A DNA stretch of 64,000 nt. Source: Corallococcus sp. AS-1-6 (GTDB taxonomy: Bacteria; Myxococcota; Myxococcia; Myxococcales; Myxococcaceae). The notes beneath the pieces were generated by a model. That model did no database searches. It worked only from the letters and a program-made list of their open reading frames with translations, and was not told where the DNA came from. Each line of letters begins with the position of its first letter. The stretch's first letter is position 1. The translations under genes and the position numbers were made by a program. Below are positions 1 to 9,298 of this stretch, piece by piece. The stretch spans positions 115,886-179,885 of the forward strand of contig NZ_JAIQDE010000007.1 in the NCBI RefSeq assembly GCF_020037015.1, given 5' to 3'.

Positions 1-49
1 CCTCCAACGTCAACGGCGTGAAACCTGTCCCGGAGGGAAGGGTCCCTGC

Positions 50-973
50 TTAGAAGAACAGGCGAAGCAGGTCGTACCGGGTCTCCGCGCCCAGCTTCCG
101 GAGCAGGTTGGCCTGGTGGAACTTCACCGTGCGCTCGGTAATCCCTAGCACCGTCGAAATGTCGGTGGGCGAGCGGCCGAGCGCGAGATATCGCAAGACA
201 TCTCCCTCCCGCTCGGACAGCCGCGCGGCGTTCGCCATGCGCCGCACCTTCGCCTCGAAGAGGCCGCTGAGCGTGTCATCCCCGATGGTGTGCACGCTGA
301 CGCGCGCGGTGCCGGCGCCCGTGGGCGTGGCGGTGATGACCTCATAGCCCTCGGCGTGCCCGGCGGCCTGCCGCACGACGGTGTGCGGCCAGGAGGAGGG
401 CGCCGCCGCCATCAGCGGACAGTCCAGGCAGGGCGCGTCGCGGTGCGCGAAGGCGCCGAAGCACGGCCGGCCCACCATCTCCTCCAGCCGCGCCTCCCCG
501 GAGGTCCACACCGCCTTGAGGGTCCCGAAGGACGACAGCTCGGTGGAGATTTCGTAGCTCAGGTCCCCTCGGGGCCCGTGGGCCGCGGCCACGTCGGGAA
601 CGGCGCCTGGCTCGGGGACGGGGAGGGGCGGCGCCGAGCGCGTGACGATGGCCACCAGCCGCAGGGGAGGGCGGCCCACGGCGGCCACGTCCAGCTCCAC
701 TGGCAGCCGCTCACCGTCGCGCGTGAGCACCTGTGTCTCCATCCGGGGCTCGGCGCTGGTGAAGAGGGCCCGCAGCGCCCGCCCCACCTCGCGCCCGTGC
801 TCGCGCGGCGTGCAGACCTCCGCCCAGCGGCGCCCCAGCAGCTCCTCACGGGGCCGGCGCAGGAGCGCGGTGAACGCGCTGTTCGCCAGCTCGATGCGGC
901 CTCGCCGGTCCATCACGACGATGGGCCGCGTGTCCCGCTCCGCGAGCAGCGACGCGGTCAACGACCAGTCCAT
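50..973 (-). CDS. PAS-domain LuxR-family transcriptional regulator (C-terminal LuxR HTH)
   Basis: ORF 50..1090; C-terminus ...EREGDVLRYLALGRSPTDISTVLGITERTVKFHQANLLRKLG is a LuxR-type HTH; N-terminal PAS-like fold; start moved to internal MDWSL (aa 40) but 1090 also possible. Confidence 0.6.
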   Translation of the reverse strand: MDWSLTASLLAERDTRPIVVMDRRGRIELANSAFTALLRRPREELLGRRWAEVCTPREHGREVGRALRALFTSAEPRMETQVLTRDGERLPVELDVAAVGRPPLRLVAIVTRSAPPLPVPEPGAVPDVAAAHGPRGDLSYEISTELSSFGTLKAVWTSGEARLEEMVGRPCFGAFAHRDAPCLDCPLMAAAPSSWPHTVVRQAAGHAEGYEVITATPTGAGTARVSVHTIGDDTLSGLFEAKVRRMANAARLSEREGDVLRYLALGRSPTDISTVLGITERTVKFHQANLLRKLGAETRYDLLRLFF

Positions 974-1261
974 GATGCCCCCCAGCCGTTGCAACCCCGT
1001 GCAAGCCTCACACGGGTAGTGCTGAATTACTCGCTTTGAGAAGCTTACCGCGAGACGCCTGCGTTTGCATTTGGACAAACGTTCAATCACAGACCGTCGC
1101 GTTCAGGGGAGGACGGTCCGTGTGCGCGCCTGTCCGCCTGGGGGGCGTGCCGGAAACCTGGAACGTCCCCCTGAATCCGGGCAACCTGCTGCATCGCCTG
1201 GGCCCGGGGATTACTCCCAGGGCTTCCCCGCCGTCCCCTCCGTGGGAGAGGAGCTGCACGC

Positions 1262-2320
1262 ATGAGCGCACCGCGACGACCCGCGCAGTTCGACCTCTTC
1301 ACCGGCGCGCTGGAGGAGCCACCCGCTTCGTCGCGGCGCAGGACCCAGCCGGTCGGGCCCGCCGCGCCGTCCGACAGCCTGCGCATGTTGGGGGAGCAGC
1401 TCCCGCGCGGCGTCTACCTGGGCACGTCGTCGTGGACGTTCCCGGGGTGGAACGGGCTCGTCTACGACCATGAGGCCAGCACGACCCAGTTGGCGCGCGA
1501 GGGCCTGGCCGCCTACGCGCACCACCCGGTGCTGCGCACGGTGGGCATCGACCGGACCTTCTACGCGCCGGTGCCGGCCAGCACCTTCGCCGAGTACGCG
1601 CAGCAGGTCCCGGACGGCTTCCGCTTCCTGGTGAAGGCGCATGAAGCCTGCACGCTGGCGCGCTTCCCCGTGCACGAGCGGTACGGCGCGCACCGGGGGC
1701 AGGTGAATGACCGCTTCCTCCAGGCGGCCTACGCCGTGGACCACGTGGTGGCGCCGTTCCTGGAGGGGCTGGGCGACAAGGCCGGGCCGCTCGTCTTCCA
1801 GTTCCCGCCGCAGGACCCCGCGGCGCTGGGCGGCGCGGGCCGCTTCGTGGAGCGGTTGCACGCGTTCTTCTCCGCGCTGCCCCGGGGGCCGCTGTACGCG
1901 GTGGAGGTGCGCAACGAGGAGCTGCTCACGGAGGGCTTCGCCCAGGCGCTCGCGGACACGGGCGTGAGCCCGGTGCTCGCGGTGTGGGCCCACATGCCGC
2001 CCGTCGCGCGGCAGGCGAAGCTCACGCGCGCCTTCGAGGCCCGCGCCGTGGTGGTGCGCTGGATGCTGCCGCCGAACCTGGGCTACGAGGAGGCCTACGC
2101 CCGCTACGCGCCCTTCAACCGGCTGGTGGACGAGGACGTGGGCACCCGCGACGTGCTGGCCCGGGTGTGCATGGCCGCGGTGCGGCGCGACCGGCCCGTC
2201 TTCGTGACCATCAACAACAAGGCGGAAGGCAGCGCTCCCCTGTCCGCCGTCCGGCTCGCGGAACGCGTCGTGTCACACAAGGAGGAGGGCGGCCAGCGAA
2301 GCGTTGCTCACGCAACATGA
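1262..2320 (+). CDS. DUF72 (UPF0759) family protein
   Basis: LGTSSWTFPGWNG... motif typical of DUF72/YecE family; strong GC3 bias; divergent from LuxR gene. Confidence 0.7.
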   Translation: MSAPRRPAQFDLFTGALEEPPASSRRRTQPVGPAAPSDSLRMLGEQLPRGVYLGTSSWTFPGWNGLVYDHEASTTQLAREGLAAYAHHPVLRTVGIDRTFYAPVPASTFAEYAQQVPDGFRFLVKAHEACTLARFPVHERYGAHRGQVNDRFLQAAYAVDHVVAPFLEGLGDKAGPLVFQFPPQDPAALGGAGRFVERLHAFFSALPRGPLYAVEVRNEELLTEGFAQALADTGVSPVLAVWAHMPPVARQAKLTRAFEARAVVVRWMLPPNLGYEEAYARYAPFNRLVDEDVGTRDVLARVCMAAVRRDRPVFVTINNKAEGSAPLSAVRLAERVVSHKEEGGQRSVAHAT

Positions 2321-2352
2321 CTTGCGCGCGAGCACGGCGCTTGCTTACGTGA

Positions 2353-2667
2353 TTGGCCATGAAGGTGATGACCCTGGCCGCGCTGTTGATGCAGATGACC
2401 TCCGCCGGTGGCGCCGGCTCGGAGGGCAGGCGTGCGGGCAATCACGTGGACCTGGTGGGTGAAGGCCACCCGCGCGCGGTGAAGGAGGACATCACCTCGC
2501 TCAAGGGGGAGATCACCAGCCTGAAGGAGCAGTTCCGGCTGGCGCGCGAGCGTCAGCGCCTGGCGGCCGAGGAGAAGCAGCGCCAGGAGGAGGCCCGCTA
2601 CGGTGTCACGCCGAAAGCCACCCCCGCCGCTGCCACCCGAGGGGCCGGAGCCTCCACCCACCCCTGA
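2353..2667 (+). CDS. hypothetical small coiled-coil protein (possibly N-terminal part of Smr protein, see findings)
   Basis: K/E-rich heptad-like segment [37 protein letters not shown] with good GC3 bias; overlaps next ORF in another frame. Confidence 0.3.
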   Translation: MAMKVMTLAALLMQMTSAGGAGSEGRRAGNHVDLVGEGHPRAVKEDITSLKGEITSLKEQFRLARERQRLAAEEKQRQEEARYGVTPKATPAAATRGAGASTHP

Positions 2668-2941
2668 GGAGCTGGGGGCGGTAGAAATTCCGGTCGATGG
2701 GAACCTCGACCTGCATCTCTTCCAGCCTCGCGAGGTGAAGGAACTCGTCGCCGAGTACCTCTGGGCCTGCCGCCAGAAGGGCGTGCTCGACGTGCGCATC
2801 ATCCACGGCAAGGGCACGGGCGCGCTGCGGCGCACCGTGCAGTCCCTGCTGCCCACGCTGCCGGAGGTCGAGAGCTTCCGGACGGCCTCCGAGGCGGACG
2901 GAGGCTGGGGCGCGACGTGGGTGCGGCTCAAGCCCCTGTGA
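2603..2941 (+). CDS. Smr-domain protein
   Basis: GTG start after AGGAGG; complete Smr domain [11 protein letters not shown]...[16 protein letters not shown]; Pro-rich N-terminus. Confidence 0.6.
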   Translation: MSRRKPPPPLPPEGPEPPPTPEELGAVEIPVDGNLDLHLFQPREVKELVAEYLWACRQKGVLDVRIIHGKGTGALRRTVQSLLPTLPEVESFRTASEADGGWGATWVRLKPL

Positions 2942-2956
2942 CGGGGCCCGCGGTCC

Positions 2957-5785
2957 TCAGGACAGCCAGAAGTACGCGGAGGCGATGAGGGTGCGCTTCT
3001 CCGTCACGCGCGCCTTGTTCGCCAGCTCCGCCATCTGCCGGTCCTTGGAGGCGTAGCGCTTCTCCTCTTCGTTGCGCAGCGACGCCAGCTTGCGGCGGTA
3101 GTCGCGCTCCATCCGGTCCGAGTGCGCCCGCGCCTTCGCGCGCTCCGCGACGTCCTCGATGCCGGACACCTCCTTGCGCGCGTCGAACCACGCCTGGCGG
3201 GCGGCCTCCACCACCTCGCGCGACTCCATCAGGCAGTCCTCGACGTAGCGGTCCGCGCGCTCCTTGGCCTTGTCCAGCTCCAACGCGTTGCGCCGTTCCG
3301 CGGCCCGAATCAGCTCATCCTTGGCGGTCATGAGCGACTGCTCTTGCATGAGCTGGACCGACACCGGCGCGGGCTGCCGCCGCTTCTCCTCCTTGGCGTC
3401 GAGCTTCGTGAAGTGGACCCCGTCCGTCAGCGGCAGGGCGCGGAAGCCGCCGTCCCGGTCCTTCACCAGCACCAGGTGGACCAGCTTCTCCTCCGGCTTC
3501 AGGCCCGTGGTCTCGAACTTGTAGACGAACCACCAGCCCTCGCTGCCGGCCAGCCGCGCCAGCCGCGAGGGCAGGCCAGCCGCGTCCAGTTGCAGGTAGC
3601 TGACGGTGTCCTGGGTGCGGTCGCGCACCGCGTAGGCGGCCTTGGCCACCTGGAGCCGTCCGGAGGTGCGGCTGCCCAGCACGGAGCCGGTGAGCGCCTT
3701 CGCCTCCTGCTGGCGCCTGGCAACAACCTCCTTGGCGGCGTCTCCCGCCACGCGCAGGCGGCGGCGCACGTCACCGTCGAAGCGCTCCAGCACCACCGAG
3801 CGCATCGACGTCATGCGCTGGTTGATGCTGCCCTCCAGCTCCTCGCGCAGCTTGTCGAAGGCGCTGTTGATGTCCTTCGGGTCGCGGCAGGACTGGTAGA
3901 TGTCCAGCACGCGCCGCTCGAAGTCGACGCCGCTCTCCAGCGCGCCCAGGATCTCGTCGGACGCGCCGAACACGCCGTCGAAGAGGTTGAGCTTCTTCTC
4001 CAGGAGCTCGAACAGGCGCGCGTCCGCCGCGTTCTGCCGGTTGAGGAAGTTCACCACCAGCACGTCGCGCTGCTGGCCGTAGCGGTGGCACCGGCCGATG
4101 CGCTGCTCCACGCGCTGCGGGTTCCACGGCAGGTCGTAGTTCACCACCAGGTTGCAGAACTGGAGGTTGAGGCCCTCCGCGCCCGCTTCCGTGCAGATGA
4201 GGATCTGCGTCTTGTGGCGGAACTCCTCCACCAGCGCCCGGCGCTCCTCGGGCGTGCCGCCGGCGTCGCCGGAGAGCAGGGAGATCTTCCCCTTGTAGCC
4301 GTGCTCCGACAGCAGGTTGAACAGGTACTGCTGCGTGCGCTTGGACTCCGTGAAGATGAGCGCCTTCTCCGGCCAGGAGTGCGTGCGCATCACCGCGAAG
4401 GTGCGGTCCAGGGCGCGCTTGAGCGCCTCACCCTTGGCGTTGATGCGGATGGAGTCCGCGAGGTCCGCGTACTGCCGCAGCTCCCAGACCTCCTGCTCCA
4501 GCGTGCGGACCTGGGGCGCCTTGGCGGGGTCGTCGGACCACTCCTCGCCTTCCTCCACGAACTGCTTGGCCTCTTCCGGCTCGAAGAGCGACAGGGCCTG
4601 CTGTCCCAGCCGCGCGGCCGTCAGGCGCTTCTCCAGGTTCTCCGACAGCCGCCGCAGCGTGGGCGCGATGGCGAACGTGGAGGAGGCCAGCAGCTTGCGG
4701 TAGCACAGCGTCAAGAGCGTCTTCTTGCCCGGCTCGATGGCCGCGGCCTCCGAGCGCTGCAGGTACTCGCTGACCTTCTCGTAGAGGTCGTGCTCCTCCG
4801 GGGAGGGGTGGAAGTCCTCCACGATGCTGCGGCGGTTGGTGTAGCGGACGTACTCGCGCACCTGCCGGCGCAGCGTGCGCTGCACCACCGGGGCCAGCCG
4901 CTCCTTGAGCTCGCAAGCGGCGGCCTCCGTCATGCCGCCGCCCTCGTCCGCGCGGTAGCGGCTGCGGAAGGCGTGCTCGGGGCCCAAAATCTGCTCGTCC
5001 AGGAGCGACATCAGGCCGAACAGCTCCATCAGGTCGTTCTGGAGCGGGGTGGCGGTGAGCAGCAGCTTGGGGCGGCCCGCGAGCGACGCGCGCAGCGCCT
5101 GGCCCGTCTTGTTGTTGGCCCGGTGCGCGTTTCGCAGGCGGTGGGCCTCGTCGATGATGACCAGGTCCCAGGGGATCTCCGCCACGAGCGCGGACTTGTT
5201 CGCCGCGAACGGGTGCGAGCAGATGACGGGGAAGGGCTGGTCGAAGCAGTTGTTGTGCTTCTTCACATCGCGGCCGTCGACGAGGACGCTGTCCAGGTCG
5301 AACTTCTCGCGCAGCTCCGCGTTCCACTGCGCGCGCAGCACGGCGGGGGCCAGGATGAGGATGCGGTTCTTGCCCTCCGCCATGAGCTGGGCGACGACGA
5401 GGCCGGCCTCGATGGTCTTCCCCAGGCCCACCTCGTCCGCGAGCATGCAGCCGCCGCGCGACAGCGTGTCGAGCGCGAACATCGCGGCCTCGACCTGATG
5501 CGGGTTGAGGTCCACCTTCGCCTCGGCCAGCGCGTTCGCCAGCCGCTGCTGCGTGTCTCCGCTGCGCGCGAGCAGCTCCTCGGCGAGGAGCCGCTCGTGG
5601 AAGGGCGTCAGCCCCGCCTCCACCAGCTCCTCCGCGGCGCGGGCCGCGATGGCCGCGGCGTCCGCCTCGACCTCCAGCTTCAAACCCCTCACGACCTCCG
5701 CCAAGTCCCGCCTCCCGTCCGGTTTGGAGCGTGCGCGCGTGCGCGCGAACAGTTGAGGCGCGCCATTCTGGGCAGCGATCGGCAT
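2957..5785 (-). CDS. SNF2/SWI2 family DEAD-like helicase with long C-terminal charged extension
   Basis: LADEVGLGKT (Walker A), DEAH-like VIIDEAHRLRN, helicase-C motifs ...LICTEAGAEGLNLQ... QRIGRCHRYGQ; true start MPIAAQ at 5785 (ORF track extends spuriously to 6802 through Arg/Gly-rich antisense of DUF58 gene). Confidence 0.75.
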   Translation of the reverse strand: MPIAAQNGAPQLFARTRARSKPDGRRDLAEVVRGLKLEVEADAAAIAARAAEELVEAGLTPFHERLLAEELLARSGDTQQRLANALAEAKVDLNPHQVEAAMFALDTLSRGGCMLADEVGLGKTIEAGLVVAQLMAEGKNRILILAPAVLRAQWNAELREKFDLDSVLVDGRDVKKHNNCFDQPFPVICSHPFAANKSALVAEIPWDLVIIDEAHRLRNAHRANNKTGQALRASLAGRPKLLLTATPLQNDLMELFGLMSLLDEQILGPEHAFRSRYRADEGGGMTEAAACELKERLAPVVQRTLRRQVREYVRYTNRRSIVEDFHPSPEEHDLYEKVSEYLQRSEAAAIEPGKKTLLTLCYRKLLASSTFAIAPTLRRLSENLEKRLTAARLGQQALSLFEPEEAKQFVEEGEEWSDDPAKAPQVRTLEQEVWELRQYADLADSIRINAKGEALKRALDRTFAVMRTHSWPEKALIFTESKRTQQYLFNLLSEHGYKGKISLLSGDAGGTPEERRALVEEFRHKTQILICTEAGAEGLNLQFCNLVVNYDLPWNPQRVEQRIGRCHRYGQQRDVLVVNFLNRQNAADARLFELLEKKLNLFDGVFGASDEILGALESGVDFERRVLDIYQSCRDPKDINSAFDKLREELEGSINQRMTSMRSVVLERFDGDVRRRLRVAGDAAKEVVARRQQEAKALTGSVLGSRTSGRLQVAKAAYAVRDRTQDTVSYLQLDAAGLPSRLARLAGSEGWWFVYKFETTGLKPEEKLVHLVLVKDRDGGFRALPLTDGVHFTKLDAKEEKRRQPAPVSVQLMQEQSLMTAKDELIRAAERRNALELDKAKERADRYVEDCLMESREVVEAARQAWFDARKEVSGIEDVAERAKARAHSDRMERDYRRKLASLRNEEEKRYASKDRQMAELANKARVTEKRTLIASAYFWLS

Positions 5786-5919
5786 CTGTAAAGGGGGTCC
5801 TCCCGGAGGCCGAAAACTCGGCCTCCGCGCGATTGGCAAGCCCGCTGTTCGGCGGAGCGACGCATGCGCGCGCGAGCACTGGAATGTCTCAAAGGGCTTG
5901 ACGAATGCGCCGTGAGCGC

Positions 5920-7245
5920 TCAGAGCCGCCCGCGCGCCTTCACGTCCAGGTACACGTTGAGTGCAGCGGCGCCGAAGCCGCGTGCCGGCGCGCGCACCAC
6001 CAGGGCCCCCGCGTCGCGCAGCGTGGTGGCGGTGCGGCGGTACTCGGCCTCCATGCGGGAGGCGGCCTGCCGCGCGTAGGCGGACGTCGCGTCGCCGGGC
6101 ACGTCCGTGGCGGCGGCCTCCAGGTCCTCGTCCAGCAGCGACGCGACGACGGGCAGGTGCCGGGGGCGCAGGGCCAGCGTGCGCGTGAGGAGCGCGGAGG
6201 ACGCGTCCGGATCCACCAGGTCGGTGAAGAGCACCACCAGCGCGCGGCGCGTCTGGCGGGCGAAGGCGAAGTCGAACGCGCGGCCGTAGTCGCTCTCCTC
6301 CAGGCCGGCCTCCGCGCGGTAGAGGGACTCGGTGATGAGGCGCAGGTGCTCCGCGCCCTTGCGCGGGGGCAGGAAGGCGCGCACGTCGCTGGCGAACGCG
6401 AGCACGCCCACCACGTCGCCCGCGTCCAGGCTCACGCGCGCCAGCCGCAGCGCCGCGTCCACCGCGTGGTCCAGCTTCCTTCGCCCCTGCACCCGGCCCG
6501 CCATGTGACGGCCGCAGTCCAGGAGCAGCAGCACGGGCTGGTTGCGCTCCGGCTGCCACGTGCGCACCAGCGTGTGGCCGTGGCGCGCGGAGGACTTCCA
6601 GTCGATGTGGCGGTAGTCGTCGCCGGGGCGGTACTCGCGCAGCGATTCGAACTCGCGGCCCTCCACGGACTTGCGCGGCAGCGTGCGCGCGGACACGGCC
6701 TCCGACGCGCGCGCCAGCGTCAGCGCCTCGCGCGACAGGGCGCGCAGGTCCGGATACACCTTCACGTCCTGGCCCGCGGGCAGCCGCACCTGCCGTGAGC
6801 ACAGGCCCAGCGGCCCCATCAGCCGCAGGTTCACGTCGCCGAAGCGCGCGTCGCCCCGGGAGAGCGGGTGCACGCGGTATGTCAGCCGCGTGGCGTCGTG
6901 GGGCTCCAGCGTGAAGGGCTGACGGTGGCCATGGCTCTCCACGTCCAGGGGCGGCTCGTCTCGCAGCTCGCCGCGCACGGGCCCGTCCGCGCGCGAGCGC
7001 AGCTCCCAGCGCACGGTGTTGTCCACGCCGGAGGAGAGGATGGGCTCCACCTCGCGGCGCGCGTCGACGTCACGGGCCTGCGGCGCGCGCAGGAAGTCCA
7101 CCGCGCACAGGAGCAGGACGGCCACGTCCACCGCGAGCGCCAGCCACCCGAAGGCGGGGCTCGCCACCGCGAGCGCGGCGGGCACGAGCGCCCCGGCGAA
7201 CAGCGCCACGGCGAGGCCGCTGGGGACGGGGCGCCCTGGGCTCAC
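5920..7245 (-). CDS. DUF58 domain protein (MoxR-associated)
   Basis: ...[26 protein letters not shown]... DUF58 signature; GTG start 7245 overlaps MoxR stop by 4 nt (GTGA); N-terminal TM helices. Confidence 0.65.
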   Translation of the reverse strand: MSPGRPVPSGLAVALFAGALVPAALAVASPAFGWLALAVDVAVLLLCAVDFLRAPQARDVDARREVEPILSSGVDNTVRWELRSRADGPVRGELRDEPPLDVESHGHRQPFTLEPHDATRLTYRVHPLSRGDARFGDVNLRLMGPLGLCSRQVRLPAGQDVKVYPDLRALSREALTLARASEAVSARTLPRKSVEGREFESLREYRPGDDYRHIDWKSSARHGHTLVRTWQPERNQPVLLLLDCGRHMAGRVQGRRKLDHAVDAALRLARVSLDAGDVVGVLAFASDVRAFLPPRKGAEHLRLITESLYRAEAGLEESDYGRAFDFAFARQTRRALVVLFTDLVDPDASSALLTRTLALRPRHLPVVASLLDEDLEAAATDVPGDATSAYARQAASRMEAEYRRTATTLRDAGALVVRAPARGFGAAALNVYLDVKARGRL

Positions 7246-8177
7246 CGGGGCACTCGCACCCGTTCGAGCAACTGCTTCAGCACGTCGTCCGCGGTGACGC
7301 CCTCCACCTCCGCCTCGGCCTTGAGGAGGAGCCGGTGGTTGAGGACGCTGGGCGTCACGGCCTTCACGTCGTCCGGGGTGACGAAGTCGGTGCCCCGGAG
7401 CGCCGCGTGCGCCTTGGCCGCCGCGAGCAGGGCCTGGGCGGCGCGGGGGCTCGCGCCCAGCCGCACGCGGGGGTGGGCGCGGGTGTCGCGCACGAGCTGC
7501 ACCACGTACTGGAGGATGGAGTCGTCGCACGCGACGCGCGCCGCGCGGTCCTGCAGCTCCGTCAGCGTCCCCGCGTCCAGCACGCGGGACACGCCGGGCG
7601 GGCGGCCCTCGCGCTGATGGAAGGCGCGCAGGAGCGACGTTTCGGCGTCGCCGTCCGGGTAGCCCACGCGCACGCGCATGAGGAAGCGGTCCAACTGCGC
7701 CTCGGGGAGGGGATAGGTGCCCTCCAGCTCCAGCGGGTTCTGCGTGGCCACGACGAAGAAGTGGGGCGGCAGCGCGTGGGTGACGCCGTCGATGGTGACC
7801 TGCCGCTCCTCCATGGCCTCCAGGAGCGCCGCCTGCGTCTTGGGCGGCGTGCGGTTGATCTCATCCGCGACCAGGACCTCCGTGAAGACGGGGCCCTTCA
7901 TCAGGCGGAAGGACTGCGACTGCGGCTGGAAGACGTTGGTGCCCAGGATGTCCGCGGGCATCAGGTCCGGGGTGAACTGCACGCGGGAGAAGGACAGGCC
8001 CAGCGCCCCCGCCATGCTGCGCGCGGTGAGCGTCTTGGCGACCCCGGGCACGCCCTCCAGCAGCACGTGACCGCGCGCGAGGAAGGCCGTCACCAGGTCG
8101 GCCAGCACGCGGGGCTGACCCACGACGGCCGAGCCCAGCGCGTCGAGGAGGCGGGAGAGGGGCGTGGCGTCGGACAT
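7242..8177 (-). CDS. moxR: MoxR-family AAA+ ATPase
   Basis: [14 protein letters not shown] Walker A, ...[24 protein letters not shown]... sensor motifs; 311 aa typical MoxR. Confidence 0.85.
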   Translation of the reverse strand: MSDATPLSRLLDALGSAVVGQPRVLADLVTAFLARGHVLLEGVPGVAKTLTARSMAGALGLSFSRVQFTPDLMPADILGTNVFQPQSQSFRLMKGPVFTEVLVADEINRTPPKTQAALLEAMEERQVTIDGVTHALPPHFFVVATQNPLELEGTYPLPEAQLDRFLMRVRVGYPDGDAETSLLRAFHQREGRPPGVSRVLDAGTLTELQDRAARVACDDSILQYVVQLVRDTRAHPRVRLGASPRAAQALLAAAKAHAALRGTDFVTPDDVKAVTPSVLNHRLLLKAEAEVEGVTADDVLKQLLERVRVPR

Positions 8178-8237
8178 GGTGGCGGGCGACGGTAGCCCGC
8201 CTCACGTCCGGCGCGGCAGCGAAAAACCGGTGGGGGC

Positions 8238-9212
8238 CTACTCCTGGCGCTTCAGCCCCATCAGGCTGCCCAAAACCGCGATGACGCCGCCGAGGATGCC
8301 CAGGAAACAGCCGATGCTCGGCGACGAGTTCATCATCTCCGAGTTGCCGAGCGGCGACGGCACGAGCGTGGTGTCCGAGGACAGCTTCAGGAACACCAGC
8401 GACCAGACGAGGGTCACCACGCTGCAGACCATCTGCGCGCCCCACGGCAGCATGGGGTTCACCCAGGTCATCACCTGACGCGCCCGCAGGCCCACGAAGA
8501 CCATGGTCGCCACGGCGAAGAGGAAGGAGATGAACCCCAGGCTGATGAGGCCCAGGAAGTCGCCGTCCGCCGCCGTCTCCTTCCACGGCATGAAGCAGGA
8601 GAGCACCACCAGCGTCGCGCCCCAGAACGCGATGCGGTCTCCGCCCTCCAACTCGCGCAGGAACGAGCGCGCGTCGTCCAGCAGGACCTCCGGATCGTCG
8701 ATGGGCGAGCGCGGCGACTCCAGCTCACGCGCCTCGCGGGACCAGGGATCCGCCACCGCGTCGCCCACGTCGTCCTCGTCCTCCTGGACGGGGGCGGGAG
8801 CCGGGGCGCGGCGGGCCGGCGCGCGAGCGGCCTTGGCGGCGCCACCGGCCCGGGCGGGAGCGGCGCGCTGGGCCTTCTCCCGGGCGATGTCGTCCATGCT
8901 CCGCACGTTGGTGGCGTCATCGCTCGGCGGCGGCGCGGCGGGGCGGGCGCCCGTCCTGGCGCGGGCCGGGGCGGGGCGTGCACGGGGCTCCGGAGCGGCG
9001 CGGGCCGGAGGGGGCCGCGAGCGCGGCGGAGGACGGACGCCGGTGCTCTCGTCATCGCCGCCGGAGTTCCCCTCATCCCCGGTTCCCCCAAGGAAGGACT
9101 CGTCGATGATGTGGTCGCAGTGGGGGCAGATGGCGGTGTCTTCCGCGACCTTGCGATTGCAGCCTGGGCAGTTCAGGGCCGGTGCTCCGGGAGGGGGGAA
9201 ACGGCCCGGCAT
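8238..9212 (-). CDS. zinc-ribbon domain membrane protein (Pro/Ala-rich linker, C-terminal TM helices)
   Basis: N-terminal CPGC...CPHC zinc ribbon, low-complexity linker, 4 predicted TM helices at C-terminus; first gene of MoxR/DUF58 operon. Confidence 0.55.
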   Translation of the reverse strand: MPGRFPPPGAPALNCPGCNRKVAEDTAICPHCDHIIDESFLGGTGDEGNSGGDDESTGVRPPPRSRPPPARAAPEPRARPAPARARTGARPAAPPPSDDATNVRSMDDIAREKAQRAAPARAGGAAKAARAPARRAPAPAPVQEDEDDVGDAVADPWSREARELESPRSPIDDPEVLLDDARSFLRELEGGDRIAFWGATLVVLSCFMPWKETAADGDFLGLISLGFISFLFAVATMVFVGLRARQVMTWVNPMLPWGAQMVCSVVTLVWSLVFLKLSSDTTLVPSPLGNSEMMNSSPSIGCFLGILGGVIAVLGSLMGLKRQE

Positions 9213-9298
9213 CTTCCCGGCCCCGGCGCGCGGCTGTCAAACCCGTTCAGCGCCATAACCCCTGGATTTTCGCGGGGAATTGACCTAGCCCCTCGGGC

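Noticed and set aside
3122-5791. 889-aa plus-strand ORF antisense to the SNF2 helicase gene
   Set aside because: Arg/Ala/Leu/Gly-dominated composition typical of antisense frames in 70% GC DNA; no domain motifs; the opposite strand encodes a clear helicase
5786-6802. N-terminal 339-aa extension of ORF 2957..6802 and 95-aa extension of ORF 5920..7530
   Set aside because: Pure R/G/P/A low-complexity sequence overlapping the DUF58 and MoxR genes out of frame; domain boundaries and GTGA coupling give better starts at 5785 and 7245
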